64,000 bases of DNA. Source: Pelagomonas calceolata. Taxonomy: Eukaryota. Within the stretch, counting starts at the first letter, position 1. Each line of letters begins with the position of its first letter. The DNA lies in contig CAKKNE010000002.1 in the NCBI GenBank assembly GCA_918797485.1, positions 5,828,001 through 5,892,000 of the forward strand, given 5' to 3'. The notes under the pieces are model-generated. The model made no database searches. It was not told where the DNA came from and saw only the letters and a program-made list of their open reading frames with translations. This document shows positions 19,529 to 29,543 of the stretch, one piece after another. A program made the position numbers and the translations under genes.

Positions 19529-20144
19529 ATGCGCTGCTCAGCGACGTTTATTGCCTCGCTCTCAGTCTCACTCTCAGTGGCTGCAGCCATGCGGTTGCCA
19601 GCCACAGCGGTGCCCAGCAGCAGCCTTGCTCCTCGCATGTATGATCTCCGCGGCGGCGGCAAGGCTGCAGCATCGTCGCCCTTCGACATGCTCAAGGGCC
19701 GCAAGATCGTGCCGGGCTGGGACGGAGATTTAGTGGACCTCACGCAGACGGCCGCCGTCGGCATCGTGGCCGGCGTGTGCTCGCGGGCCGTCATCGGCGT
19801 CGCCACGGGCGTGCTGAAGAGCTGCGCCGTCGGCGGCATCGTGCTGTACGCGTCGCAGTACTCTGGCTTCTTCAAGCTCGACACGGCCAAGATCAAGCGG
19901 TCCGCGCGCGCTTTGGTGGGCAAGGTCGACCTCCTCGGCGCGCTGGAGAAGCTCGGATTCCCGGACGACCCGGCCGGCATCAAGGCGCACGCCTTCGACC
20001 TCGCGCGGCGGCCGCGTCGAAAAGCATCTCGCGTCTTGTGTACGCCATCGACGTGTCCACGCGCAGGCGGAGGACCAGTGGGAGGCGAACGAGCACCGCG
20101 CGCTCGGAGGGTTGGCGGGCTTCGCCGCGTCCTTCATGGTCTGA
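19529..20144 (+). CDS. FUN14-like small membrane protein with N-terminal targeting peptide
   Basis: Exons 19529-19984 and 20067-20144, separated by a GC-AG intron 19985-20066. Gly-rich hydrophobic helices, ASQYSGFFKLD, and a terminal GGLAGFAASF. Confidence 0.55.
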
Positions 20145-20209
20145 GAGACCAGAAACGGCGCCCAACGAACAACTGGGGGGAGCGCCGGCCTGTCCTAAGA
20201 ATAGTATCT

Positions 20210-21100
20210 TTACTCCGCCGCTCGATAGAGCGTGATCTCCTGCTGCTTGAAGTAGCGCCGCTCCTCCTGATCAACTAAAACCAGGTTCAGGTAGTACCTC
20301 ACCGAAAACTTGTTGTTGATGCCTCGGTACGTCGGCGTGAGGTTGAAGTTGCGCAGGAACAATCGGATCGGCACGCACTCGCCGCGGACCGGCGCGCCGT
20401 CCATCACTTCGTATTTGGTTATCGTCTCGGACTCGTTGTGCTGGTTCGGCCCCGCGCCGGCGGCCTCCCTTCTGATGACCGCGAGCTCCATGTGTTTTAT
20501 TTTAATACGCACCAACAGAAAGTACACTTTCCCTACGACGACGTCGGCCAAATGGTACTTCGACTTATCATACTCAAACTCGATGTGTAAACACTCCTCG
20601 ATCCCGACTTCCATCTTGACCGGCGTGTTCGTCTCGGGAGCCGGTTGCGAGACTTGGACGATGAACTCCTGCTCTTTTATTAATGAGGACGCGTAGCCTC
20701 GCGTGACTGTAACTCGAACAAAGTAACGCAACCGCACGTTCAACCCATTATAGGACTCGTAGGGCTTCTCCGCATGCGACAGGTCAAACGCATAACGCTG
20801 CTGGCCCATCAGCACGCCAGGCACGTCCAATTCCCGCAGCACACACGTGAAGTCGTAGTACGTCCCTCGGTCGTGAAACAGCTCGATCTGGCCGACGCAC
20901 TCTATTTTAATACCTTGATGCTCTAGGCGCTTGCCGGCGGGGACACGGATCTCGACGACGCCCGTGACCGGTTCTACCGCTGCGAAGACGGGCGCTGGTG
21001 TCGCGTTCGGCGACAGCCGCCTTCTCGGTCGTTGTGCGTCGCCGTCAAACGTCACACTAATACGGTCGTCGCTCTTGCCGTAGCCGAGGAGCGACGCCAT
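20210..21100 (-). CDS. VPS26: Retromer subunit VPS26
   Basis: GKRLEHQGIKIE, EKPYESYNGLNVRLRYF, KMEVGIEECLHIEFEYDKSKYHL, FSVRYYLNLVLVDQEERRYFKQQEI. Confidence 0.98.
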   Translation of the reverse strand: MASLLGYGKSDDRISVTFDGDAQRPRRRLSPNATPAPVFAAVEPVTGVVEIRVPAGKRLEHQGIKIECVGQIELFHDRGTYYDFTCVLRELDVPGVLMGQQRYAFDLSHAEKPYESYNGLNVRLRYFVRVTVTRGYASSLIKEQEFIVQVSQPAPETNTPVKMEVGIEECLHIEFEYDKSKYHLADVVVGKVYFLLVRIKIKHMELAVIRREAAGAGPNQHNESETITKYEVMDGAPVRGECVPIRLFLRNFNLTPTYRGINNKFSVRYYLNLVLVDQEERRYFKQQEITLYRAAE

Positions 21101-21445
21101 TTATTTCTTTTTTTGCGCGCCGCGTCTGCCAGCCGCTGGGTCTCTGAGGAGTTTTCTTTGCTCGGAGTGCGCGCGCGCTGCGATTGCGCAGCCAACCTTT
21201 GGCAATTATTCTGGACTATTAGTGATGCTCAAACGCAAGCAGCGATGTAACCGCGGCCGTGCTCGCGCCTGGAAATCGCGCTAGCGTCCAGTAAGACACT
21301 AGCAAGCCGGGCTGCGCCGTCGACGCCTCGCGCGCACGCTGTCCGGCGGAGACACGGGGTGCTGCGATCTACCACCATCAAGACCCGTCTCGCCCCCACG
21401 CCGTCGACGCTAGGACGCGAGACACCACGTACACTCCCACCAAGC

Positions 21446-22474
21446 TTACGCCCCCGCCTTGCCCAGCACCCAGATCGACACGAACTGCGTCAGGCCCATG
21501 ACCAGGACCACGACCTCGCGCCGAGCTTTTGTATTTTCCAGTTCCGTCGGCACGATCTGCGCGGCCGTCTTGAGCATGAAGTATGAACTTGATAATCCAG
21601 TGTAGAGCATCGTCAGCAGATACGGTCGGTCGCCTCCAACTAAGTAAGCAATGGAGTTGACACATAATGCCACGTACTTGTAGCCGGTGTAGCTCAGTAC
21701 ATCTAGCCAAGGCACGCCCCTGGCGCCCAGACTCCAAAGAGCCATCGCATAAAAGCCCGTCTCGAACAATTGAATAAAAAAGCAGCGCGTGAAGATCGTT
21801 CCCAGCGCGTCCGGCGAGAACTCGCCCCGGACGCCTCGCGCGTAGCCCGCTACGAGAGCGAAAGTAACAAATGCTACCACAGGCACGTAGAGATCAGGGG
21901 CATTCGAATCGTGTAAAGGTAAAGCGTGGCCGTGGCCCTGTTCGTCAAATTCGTCCGCGCGTTTCCGCCGCCAGTGCCGCTTCGTCCACGGTGCTAATAC
22001 GGCTCGTAGTTTCGCCGCCACGGAAGCATGCGACACCGCAAAATAACATCTAGCTCGCGACCAGCCGGCGGCGGCGCCGGGGATGTAGGCCGCCGCCGCG
22101 GCGCGGCCTTGCTGTTCTATCAATCTTTGTGCGGCACTGGAGTCGCCGGCGAACATGGCCGCGGCCGCAGCCACGCCCTGGGCGGCCACGTCCGGCCGCG
22201 TGAAGGATTCGAGAGATGATGTTTTCGGAATTTGCGTCCCGAAGGGCTGGCCGTCGTGGCGCTGGCCCTGCCCGTAAGATTGAGGAGTGCCCTCGTCATA
22301 CGTCTGGGACGGCTGCCAGCCCCCATGGTCGTCGGCGGACCCGCCTCTTTGTCTCGCGCCGCCGCCGAAGGGCTGGCCGCTGAATTGGGGGTTTGGCCCG
22401 CCGACGGGGCCGGGCGGCGTGCCGTAGCCGTTGAACTGGCCGTAGCCCTGTCCTTGGCCTTGGCCGCCGTACAT
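21446..22474 (-). CDS. YIF1: YIF1 ER-Golgi membrane protein
   Basis: YFAVSHASVAAKL...PW, DSNAPDLYVPVVAFVT and LDVLSYTGYKYV, with ~5 TM helices after a Gly/Gln-rich N-terminus. Confidence 0.92.
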   Translation of the reverse strand: MYGGQGQGQGYGQFNGYGTPPGPVGGPNPQFSGQPFGGGARQRGGSADDHGGWQPSQTYDEGTPQSYGQGQRHDGQPFGTQIPKTSSLESFTRPDVAAQGVAAAAAMFAGDSSAAQRLIEQQGRAAAAAYIPGAAAGWSRARCYFAVSHASVAAKLRAVLAPWTKRHWRRKRADEFDEQGHGHALPLHDSNAPDLYVPVVAFVTFALVAGYARGVRGEFSPDALGTIFTRCFFIQLFETGFYAMALWSLGARGVPWLDVLSYTGYKYVALCVNSIAYLVGGDRPYLLTMLYTGLSSSYFMLKTAAQIVPTELENTKARREVVVLVMGLTQFVSIWVLGKAGA

Positions 22475-22710
22475 TTTTCTGGTGTTGTTGTGGTACGCGG
22501 CGCTGGCGCGAGCGCTGGCAAAAAGCTACTTTTTGCTGCTTTTTGTTTTTTTTGGTAGGATCTCAGACAGGACTGGAGACCGCAGCGCTGGAAGCTTGTG
22601 ATAAATCTGAGTCAGCACGCGCCGCTGAGGCTACCCTGCAGCTCTGTGGCCTGTGGAACGCGCCGATAATACGCGGCTGCGGCGGTCGAAAACCGGAGGG
22701 GCCGACGGCT

Positions 22711-22962
22711 ATGGACTCGTACGCGGCGGAGAAAGCTCGGCTCGAGCAGTCCTGGGATAATTGGTACCGGACGAAACGAGTCGAGCGCGAAAAACCCGTC
22801 AAAGACCATCCGGATTTTGACAAACCGGGCCCGCGCGACGCCGCTGCGTATTCTCTCAGCGAGCTGATCCACATAAATCGCTACCAGTCCCTATTCTTCC
22901 GGGCGCGCTGCAGAAGACGCGGCGTCGTGCACCGCAAGAGTCCTAAACAAAGCCTGGACTAA
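22711..22962 (+). CDS. Small hypothetical protein (83 aa)
   Basis: ATG-initiated ORF with protein-like composition; no recognisable motif. Confidence 0.3.
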   Translation: MDSYAAEKARLEQSWDNWYRTKRVEREKPVKDHPDFDKPGPRDAAAYSLSELIHINRYQSLFFRARCRRRGVVHRKSPKQSLD

Positions 22963-22998
22963 AGCCACTGCGCGCGCAGCCGCGCACGCGAGAAGACA

Positions 22999-23994
22999 AT
23001 GGCCACCATGCTCCTCCAGTCCCCACAAGAAATAAAAAGCCAGTTCCAGGCCTGGGACCAGCAGCTCGCCTCAAGAGAGAGCATACAACAAGTCGCGCGG
23101 CAGGTCGCGCAGTCCGCGCGCCAACAAACGTTCGACGGCGCCAACCTGGCCCCGACCTTAACCTACTGGAGCGAGATGCTGCGGGTGGCGACGACGCGCT
23201 CTACGGTCATCAAGAAGCACCTGGACGCGGGCGCCGTGCTCGGTGGCGTCGACACGTCCACGAGGGGCGCGCTCGGCGTGGTGCGCGGCAAGCTCGCGGG
23301 CGGGTCGAGCACGGCGGACGCTACACGAAGTGCGAGAGTGGTGCTGTTCCTCGTAAAGCAGTACGCCGGTTTGGCTGCTATATTAGGAGCGCCGCCGCCC
23401 GACGCGCGCACGGCCGCCTTCGCTTCCACATTATGCGCGGTGCACCAGATCCTGGAGACGGCGCCGCCGTCGGAGGCGAGAGCCGGAGCTAGAGCCGCCC
23501 TCGGTTCTGAATTAGATGGGGCCTGTCTTCGTGTCTGCGTCGCGCACGGGGCACCCTTCATCTCGTGCCTCGCGGGGCCGACGACGAACGAGGCGGGCCG
23601 CGGCGCGTGCCTCTCGCGGTTGATGGAGGCGCACGGCGCCGCCGTCGCGGACCTGTTTGAAGGAGGCGAGCCCTTCGCCGGCGTGGTCCTGCGAGCGGCG
23701 ATTGCGGGCGCGCTCGCGGCGCCGCGGCCGGACTTCGCGAGGTTGGTGGAGGGTCCGGTCGTGGCGCTGCGGCTGGCGATGCGCCAGGACGCGCGCGACG
23801 CCGTCGACGCGTTAATCAAAGCGGCGGCGGCCGAGGACGCGCGCGCGCGCGAGCTCGCCGGTTTGATCTGGGCGGCGTTCCTCGCGGGCTGCGAGCCGCG
23901 GCTGCGCCTGGCGCTGCTGGAGCTGCTCCAGGCGAGCGGCGCGGGCGACGCCGTCGTCGAGCGCGCGGTGCTCGGGGGCTGGGACCAGTTGTGA
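22999..23994 (+). CDS. Hypothetical alpha-helical protein (331 aa)
   Basis: ATG-initiated ORF with C/G-ending codon bias; no motif recognised. Confidence 0.6.
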   Translation: MATMLLQSPQEIKSQFQAWDQQLASRESIQQVARQVAQSARQQTFDGANLAPTLTYWSEMLRVATTRSTVIKKHLDAGAVLGGVDTSTRGALGVVRGKLAGGSSTADATRSARVVLFLVKQYAGLAAILGAPPPDARTAAFASTLCAVHQILETAPPSEARAGARAALGSELDGACLRVCVAHGAPFISCLAGPTTNEAGRGACLSRLMEAHGAAVADLFEGGEPFAGVVLRAAIAGALAAPRPDFARLVEGPVVALRLAMRQDARDAVDALIKAAAAEDARARELAGLIWAAFLAGCEPRLRLALLELLQASGAGDAVVERAVLGGWDQL

Positions 23995-24088
23995 CTCTAA
24001 GATATGCTTCATGTGAACCTGCGCGCCGATGGCGTCTGGAGACTACGCATGGAGGTCTTAGCACACGGACGTTCGACGCGCACCAAGC

Positions 24089-24969
24089 CTAGGGCAGGCC
24101 GCGGCTGGGGAGCGGGTCCTCCGGGCTCAGCTGGGGCCCGGGGCGCAGGATCCGGCGCGCGGCGCCGCGGGGCTCGACCGCGAGGCGTTGTAGTATAGAC
24201 TTCTTCATGGCCTCGAGGAATAACTCGCACTCCGCGGCGGACTCCGCGCTCGACGGCGTCGGCGTCCAGACGTAGAGGTCCGAGTTGACCTCCGGCGTGA
24301 TGATACCCGGGAGCTTGGACCGCGTGCGGACCATGGGCTCGTTGCGCGGCGCGCCGATGGGCCCCTGGACGTCGCCCAGTCGCAGGGTCCACTCCGTGGT
24401 CTTCAGGTGGCGCATGGCGTCGACGGCCTTGTCGAGGCGGCCGTTCTTGTACTGGGCGAGCGCCTCGTTCTTCGTCACCACAAAATCGCGGACGGCGTCC
24501 CGGCACGGCGGCGGCGCGTCGAGGCGCTTTTTCTCGTAGAGCGCGGCGACGGCGTCGCGGAACTTCGCGACGCGGTACGAGCTCCGCTCGTACTCCAAGC
24601 GGGACGCGGCCTCCGGGACCGCCTCCTGGACCAGCTTCTGCATGGCGTCGCAGCGCGCGGCGAGCGACGCGTTCTCGCCCCTCAGCAGATTGTTCTCGAC
24701 GCGCAGCGCCTGTGTGTTTTTCACGTTTGACGCCATCGACGCGATCCACGCCGGGGACGCGCGTGGACCTCCGCGAGGCGCTCCCGCGCGAGGTACTTCA
24801 ATTCCATGGCCGTGAACGCGAACCGCTCGAGCCCCCCGTCCGGGTTGGCCACGCACGCGTCCCACTTCCGTTCCAGCTGCTGCTCGTCCCAGTGCGCCGG
24901 AAGCAGACCCTCCAGCTCGTTCACGAGTTCCTGGTTGCTGAAGACTGGCGGGCCAGATGGGGCCGCCAT
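24089..24969 (-). CDS. Hypothetical coiled-coil-containing protein
   Basis: Exons 24969-24769 and 24709-24089 are joined by a GT-AG intron 24768-24710, giving ERLAE|ALRVENN in frame. Confidence 0.6.
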
Positions 24970-25287
24970 GACGGGGCTGCGAACAATGGCGCGCGCGGCC
25001 TGATGCGGCGTTGTCGCCGCGTCGCCCGGCCGCTGCGGTACGCGAAACGGGCCGTGCCAGCCTGAAATTGGAAGGCCCACCAAGGCACAGGCTCGGCGGA
25101 GCGCGGCGAGCCGCGAACGCAGGCTAGCCACTCGAGACGCCATCGACGCGACAGGCCTCCGGCAAGACTCCTGGAGTGCGGCTGGGGCATCTCTGGACGC
25201 GTCCACGGAGCGCGCCGTCGAAAGAAAAATAGTAGACTTAGTAGTTAAACAGACGCGCTGGACGCACCGGACCGGAGGCGGCAGCGC

Positions 25288-25716
25288 CTACTCGTCCCAC
25301 TTGTCGCCGTTCGCCTGGTCGATGACGTACGCCGCGACGTCGCCAATCTCCTCGTCCGAGAGGCGGCCGCCGAACGCCGGCATGGCGTTCTTGCCGTTGG
25401 TCACCTGGGTCACGACGGAGCTCTCCTTGCGGCCGCCGGCGAGGTACGAGTCGAGCGCCTCCTTGCGGAGCGTCTTCTCGGCCGCGATGACGTTGTTGCC
25501 GCCCGCGTGGCAGGCCGCGCAGTTGCCCGCGAAGATCGTCGCGCCCGACTCGATGTCGCCGGCAAACGCAGCAAAGGGCGCGAGGAGCGCCGCCGCGCCG
25601 AGCGTCGCCGCGGCGACCTCCTTGCGCGCCTCGACCTTGACGGACGCGCGCGCCTGCTGCGCCACGGGCGCGAAGGCGAGGGCCGGGGCCGCTAATAACG
25701 CGATGGAAAGCTTCAT
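25288..25716 (-). CDS. petJ: Cytochrome c6, nucleus-encoded, copy 1
   Basis: Signal peptide with AFAP, thylakoid cleavage AFA-GD, heme motif CAACH, and GKNAMPAFGGRLSDEEI. Confidence 0.97.
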   Translation of the reverse strand: MKLSIALLAAPALAFAPVAQQARASVKVEARKEVAAATLGAAALLAPFAAFAGDIESGATIFAGNCAACHAGGNNVIAAEKTLRKEALDSYLAGGRKESSVVTQVTNGKNAMPAFGGRLSDEEIGDVAAYVIDQANGDKWDE

Positions 25717-26567
25717 ATTTTACAAGCCTGCGCGGGGGTGCCCGGATGAGCCGTTCCGTCCGAGTCGAAGCGGTTTCGTGAGAATTGCTGGCCGGAGGCG
25801 CAAGTAAGCAGCTCTACCGGGTCTCGCGGTCGTTGGCGCCCGTGTACGCGCGTTCTAATGCGCTCCGGTGCCCTGTCCGGCGCGTTTAGAGCGGCCAACT
25901 AAGCGGCCTCCTGCTCTTTGCTCGCAACTGCATCCGGCTCGTTTCGCGCCGTGAAAGCGGTCAAACTGGTGCGGCAGCATGCCAAGGCCTCCGTTAATGC
26001 TGCTCGGACGCTGGTTTGGCACGTAGGTCTGGGCGGACTCGACTTAGCTCGCGATGCCGGCTTGCTCAATCAAGAGCTCGATTTTGGCAGCTCGGCTACG
26101 CGTCCCGCAACCTGAGCTACGCTGTCCCAGCGGACTGCTCAAGCCTCCGGCGCTTCCCAGCGAGCCGAATCGCTGCCGCTGCCCAACATCGGCTTGCAGG
26201 ACTTGGCATCAGATCGACCTCAGTTTTTGCGCTACCCACTGCCCGTCTCCGGTGTCTTTTTGGTCTCCTGCGGCCTTCTACGGCTGCTCCCAAGCCACGA
26301 GGGCGAGCGCTGCTCTCCAGCGCCGCCAGCGGGCCAAATAGAAGCGATCAGAGCGCTGCCTCTTTGAGAGGCCTAAAACGCCGCCCCGGGCGGCGACGCG
26401 CGGCCGCCGAGCAGCGGTTAAGTCGCCTTGGCCGCCCCCTCGCTGCGCGCGGTCCAAAGTGACCCCCAAAATCGGTTCGGCGCGTGCGGACGGCGCGACG
26501 TCGTTTTCCGTAGTTCTGACCCCTGAGCGGCAGCTGACCCGACCGTCCCGCGCAGGCACATATAGCC

Positions 26568-26993
26568 ATGAAGCTCTCCATCGCGCTCCTCGCCGCCCCG
26601 GCCGTCGCCTTCGCGCCCCAGGCGCAGCAGGCCGCGTCGGTCAAGCTTGAGGCCCACAAGGAGGTCGCCGCGGCCACGCTCGCGGCCGGCGCGCTCCTCG
26701 CGCCCTTCGCGGCCTTCGCCGGCGACATCGAGTCGGGCGAGACGCTGTTCGCGGGCAACTGCGCCGCGTGCCACGCGGGCGGCAACAACGTCATCGCCGC
26801 CGAGAAGACCCTCCGCAAGGACGCGCTTGACAAGTACTTGGCCGGCGGTCGCAAGGAGTCGTCCGTCGTCACCCAGGTGACGAACGGCAAGAACGCCATG
26901 CCGGCGTTCGGCGGCCGCCTCTCGGACGAGGAGATTGGCGACGTCGCGGCGTACGTCATCGACCAGGCGAACGGCGACAAGTGGGACGACTAA
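26568..26993 (+). CDS. petJ: Cytochrome c6, nucleus-encoded, copy 2
   Basis: Same motifs as copy 1; the mature protein differs at about 5 residues. Confidence 0.97.
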   Translation: MKLSIALLAAPAVAFAPQAQQAASVKLEAHKEVAAATLAAGALLAPFAAFAGDIESGETLFAGNCAACHAGGNNVIAAEKTLRKDALDKYLAGGRKESSVVTQVTNGKNAMPAFGGRLSDEEIGDVAAYVIDQANGDKWDD

Positions 26994-27210
26994 GCGCGCC
27001 GCGTGCGCTCCTCGGCGCGCCACCCAGTCGCCCGCGGCCGCGCCGCCTCCGCGAACCTAACTTCTAGTCGCCACCTAGCTAGTTACTCTCTTCGCAGGCG
27101 GGCGGTCCCGACCCAAAATTTGGAATAAAACGGGTTCAGACCTCCGAGGTAATACCCCGTGACGCATCGTTGAACTTAGTTTCACAAGTTACTACTACCC
27201 GGAACGTCGA

Positions 27211-28154
27211 CTACCGCTTCTTCGTCTTCTTCCGCTTCTTCGCCGAAGCCGCCGCCGCCGCGAGGCCGCCCCCGAGCCCGCCCTTCTCCGCGATGCGTTT
27301 TGAGAGCGCCTTCTCCCGCGGGTTCCGGCGGTTCCGCCGCGCCCAGCCGCAGATCGAACCTTTATCTACGATGACGTCGCAGTCTCGGACCAAAGGATGC
27401 TCGTCGAGGAGCTCGGCCTGTGGAAATCAACCAGTGCGTCGGGTGCACCCGACAATGATTCTTCACTAAGTCATTTCTCAGCGATGGCGCGACCGTCCTG
27501 GCTCGGTCGAGCGGTGAGGAACCGGCAACGCCACGCTATCGAGCAGGTCGCGTCCGTGGCGTGAACGCTCCGTAAAATTTTGATTTCCACACAGAGCTCG
27601 GCCAGCGTCGCCTCCATCTCCGTCCCTTCGATAAAACAAAATTTGCCGGTATGCGGCGCGCAGCTCGCCAGGACCTCGTCCACGAGGCGCTTCGCAGCCC
27701 TCGAGCCACCGCGCGCGAGGGCACGCTGGAGGCACCTCACGCCGAAGGCAACATCAAACTCATCTTTCGGTAATCGTGGAGGCCGGTCGGGCGCGCGCGG
27801 CAGTACGGTACGCACGTCGAGCTCCTTCGTCTTGGCCGTCTGGTTCGTCTTGAACTCCTCCGTCGCCGTCGGCGCTTCGTCCAGCCACTGCGTAACACTA
27901 CACCCGGCGGGCAGGTAGTACAGATTCTTGTGCCCGTCGATCGCGTCTATTTCTAATATGCGGGCGCGCTCCGGTACGGACGAGAGGAGGCCGCGGACCT
28001 GGCGCTCCTGGAGCCTGCGCGGGATGATGGCGTCGACGCGACGCGGCGCCGCCACGACGCCATCGACGCGGTCCCATTACGTGTTCTTCAGGCTGAGCGG
28101 CGTGCCGGCGTGCGGGAGCAGCAGCAGGAGAGCTGCAAATCTTGGACAGCCCAT
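27211..28154 (-). CDS. Signal-peptide protein with degenerate class I methyltransferase-like fold
   Basis: Exons 28154-28081, 28014-27603 and 27417-27211 give 231 codons in frame. Motifs RILEID, EFDVAFGVRCL and GKFCFIE, followed by a Lys-rich tail. Confidence 0.6.
27418..27594. mobile_element. Introner element (non-autonomous TIR DNA transposon acting as an intron)
   Basis: TIRs ctgtggaaatcaa (27418-27430) and ttgatttccacacag (27580-27594). Perfect 8-bp TSD agctcggc at 27410-27417 and 27595-27602. On the minus strand the GC donor lies in the TSD and the AG acceptor at the TIR end. Confidence 0.92.
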
Positions 28155-28372
28155 TTGGCACTGGCAATCTGCTGCGGGAACGGCACTGCAGCGCGAAAAA
28201 ACGGGCGCGTGAGCTACGAACTTGTCGAAATTACGACGACAAGCCGTGGCTCCGCACCTAGCTCCAAATCGCGCGAGCACTGCGCCAAATAGGCAGATGA
28301 TGATCTGCTCTCACACTGCGCGGGCGGTCGGTGTACGGACCCGATTGATCGGGGCCCGGAGAGAGTCGTAGA

Positions 28373-28454
28373 CTAGGAGGCGTAGGCCGCGACGTCGCCG
28401 ATCTCCTCGTCCCGTCCTTGCGGGGCGTCTTCGCGGCCCGGCGGCGGCCGCGAT
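28373..28454 (-). pseudogene. petJ: Internally deleted petJ fragment
   Basis: The minus strand reads gccgcgaagacgccccgcaaggacg-ggacgaggagatcggcgacgtcgcggcctacg, matching petJ codons AEKTLRKD and DEEIGDVAAY with the intervening part missing. Confidence 0.75.
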
Positions 28455-28766
28455 GTAGTAAACCCGCATATGCCTTTGTTTCCGACGACGTGCTTTTGAA
28501 AGAAAGATAAAAGAGAGGCCTCGAAAGCCTCGACACGTGGGCGGGACCGCGGCGCGCCCTCGGGTTTTGAGCTTTGAGTAGAAGACCGGGGCAGAGACCG
28601 TGTCCTGGGCAATACGCGCGGCGTGAGAGACCGGCTCTCTCATACTTCACCTCACTGGCGCCGCAACGTGCGCGCGGGCCAGCATCCGTGACCGTCGGTC
28701 GCGAGATACTCAAAAGTTATTTAAATATCACAGCTTCTGCGTTTGAAGCGACGCCGGCGCGCTACA

Positions 28767-29472
28767 ATGTCGACGGCGGCTAATGACGGCGCGCCCACCG
28801 CGGCCGGCCCGCCCGCGGCGCCGCCCGGCGCGGCGACCGCGGCGACCGCGACGCCGCCAGCGACGACTCATGAGGCCTGGCTGACGCCGAGCGCCGCCGG
28901 CTACAAGATTCAATTACAAGAAGACGTCCACGGCCGCACGCTGATCGCGGGCTTCGTCGACGTCCGCGTCCGCGAGCAGTCGGGCCTGCAAGTCGACGAC
29001 GTCATCCTATCGATCCGCGGCGAGAGCGTCGAGGGCCTGGCCTTCGCGAGGACGACGGAGATGATCCGGCACCACGCGCGGGAGTTTGAGACGCTCGTGC
29101 TTAAGGTGTCGCGGAAGGGCGCCCCCGAGCCCGCCCCCGCGGGCCCGCCACTCGCGACTGGAGACGACCTAGCGGACACGCGCGCGGAACCGGAAATATC
29201 AGAAAGAGTACCGCGACAGCGGAAAGCAAAGGAAAAGAAGGAAGACGGCCGCCGGGCAGTTGACGGCGGCTGTTCGTTCGTGTTACCAATCCGCGTCGAG
29301 GAGATTTGGCACGGACCTAGCGGATTGGAACGACGCCTCGCTACGGACGTACAAGGAGCGACTGGACGCGGCCTACCCGCAAGGGTTCCCGTCCACGCAT
29401 CATTACGACGACCTCCGCCCGCGCTACGAGAAACTCGAGCTAGAACTCGAGCGGCTCGACCGGTCCTCCTAG
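28767..29472 (+). CDS. PDZ-domain protein (3' structure uncertain)
   Basis: PDZ signature SGLQVDDVILSIRGESVEGLAFARTTEMIR...LVLKV. A protein-like second frame 29173-29472 could be joined by an intron, for example GT 29106 to AG 29172. Unspliced, the ORF stops at 29483. Confidence 0.65.
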
Positions 29473-29543
29473 GGCCTGCCTAAGGTTTTTTGTAGAGCCT
29501 AGCTCTAAGCAAAATAAGTAAAAGTAGTGCATTCACAAGAAGT

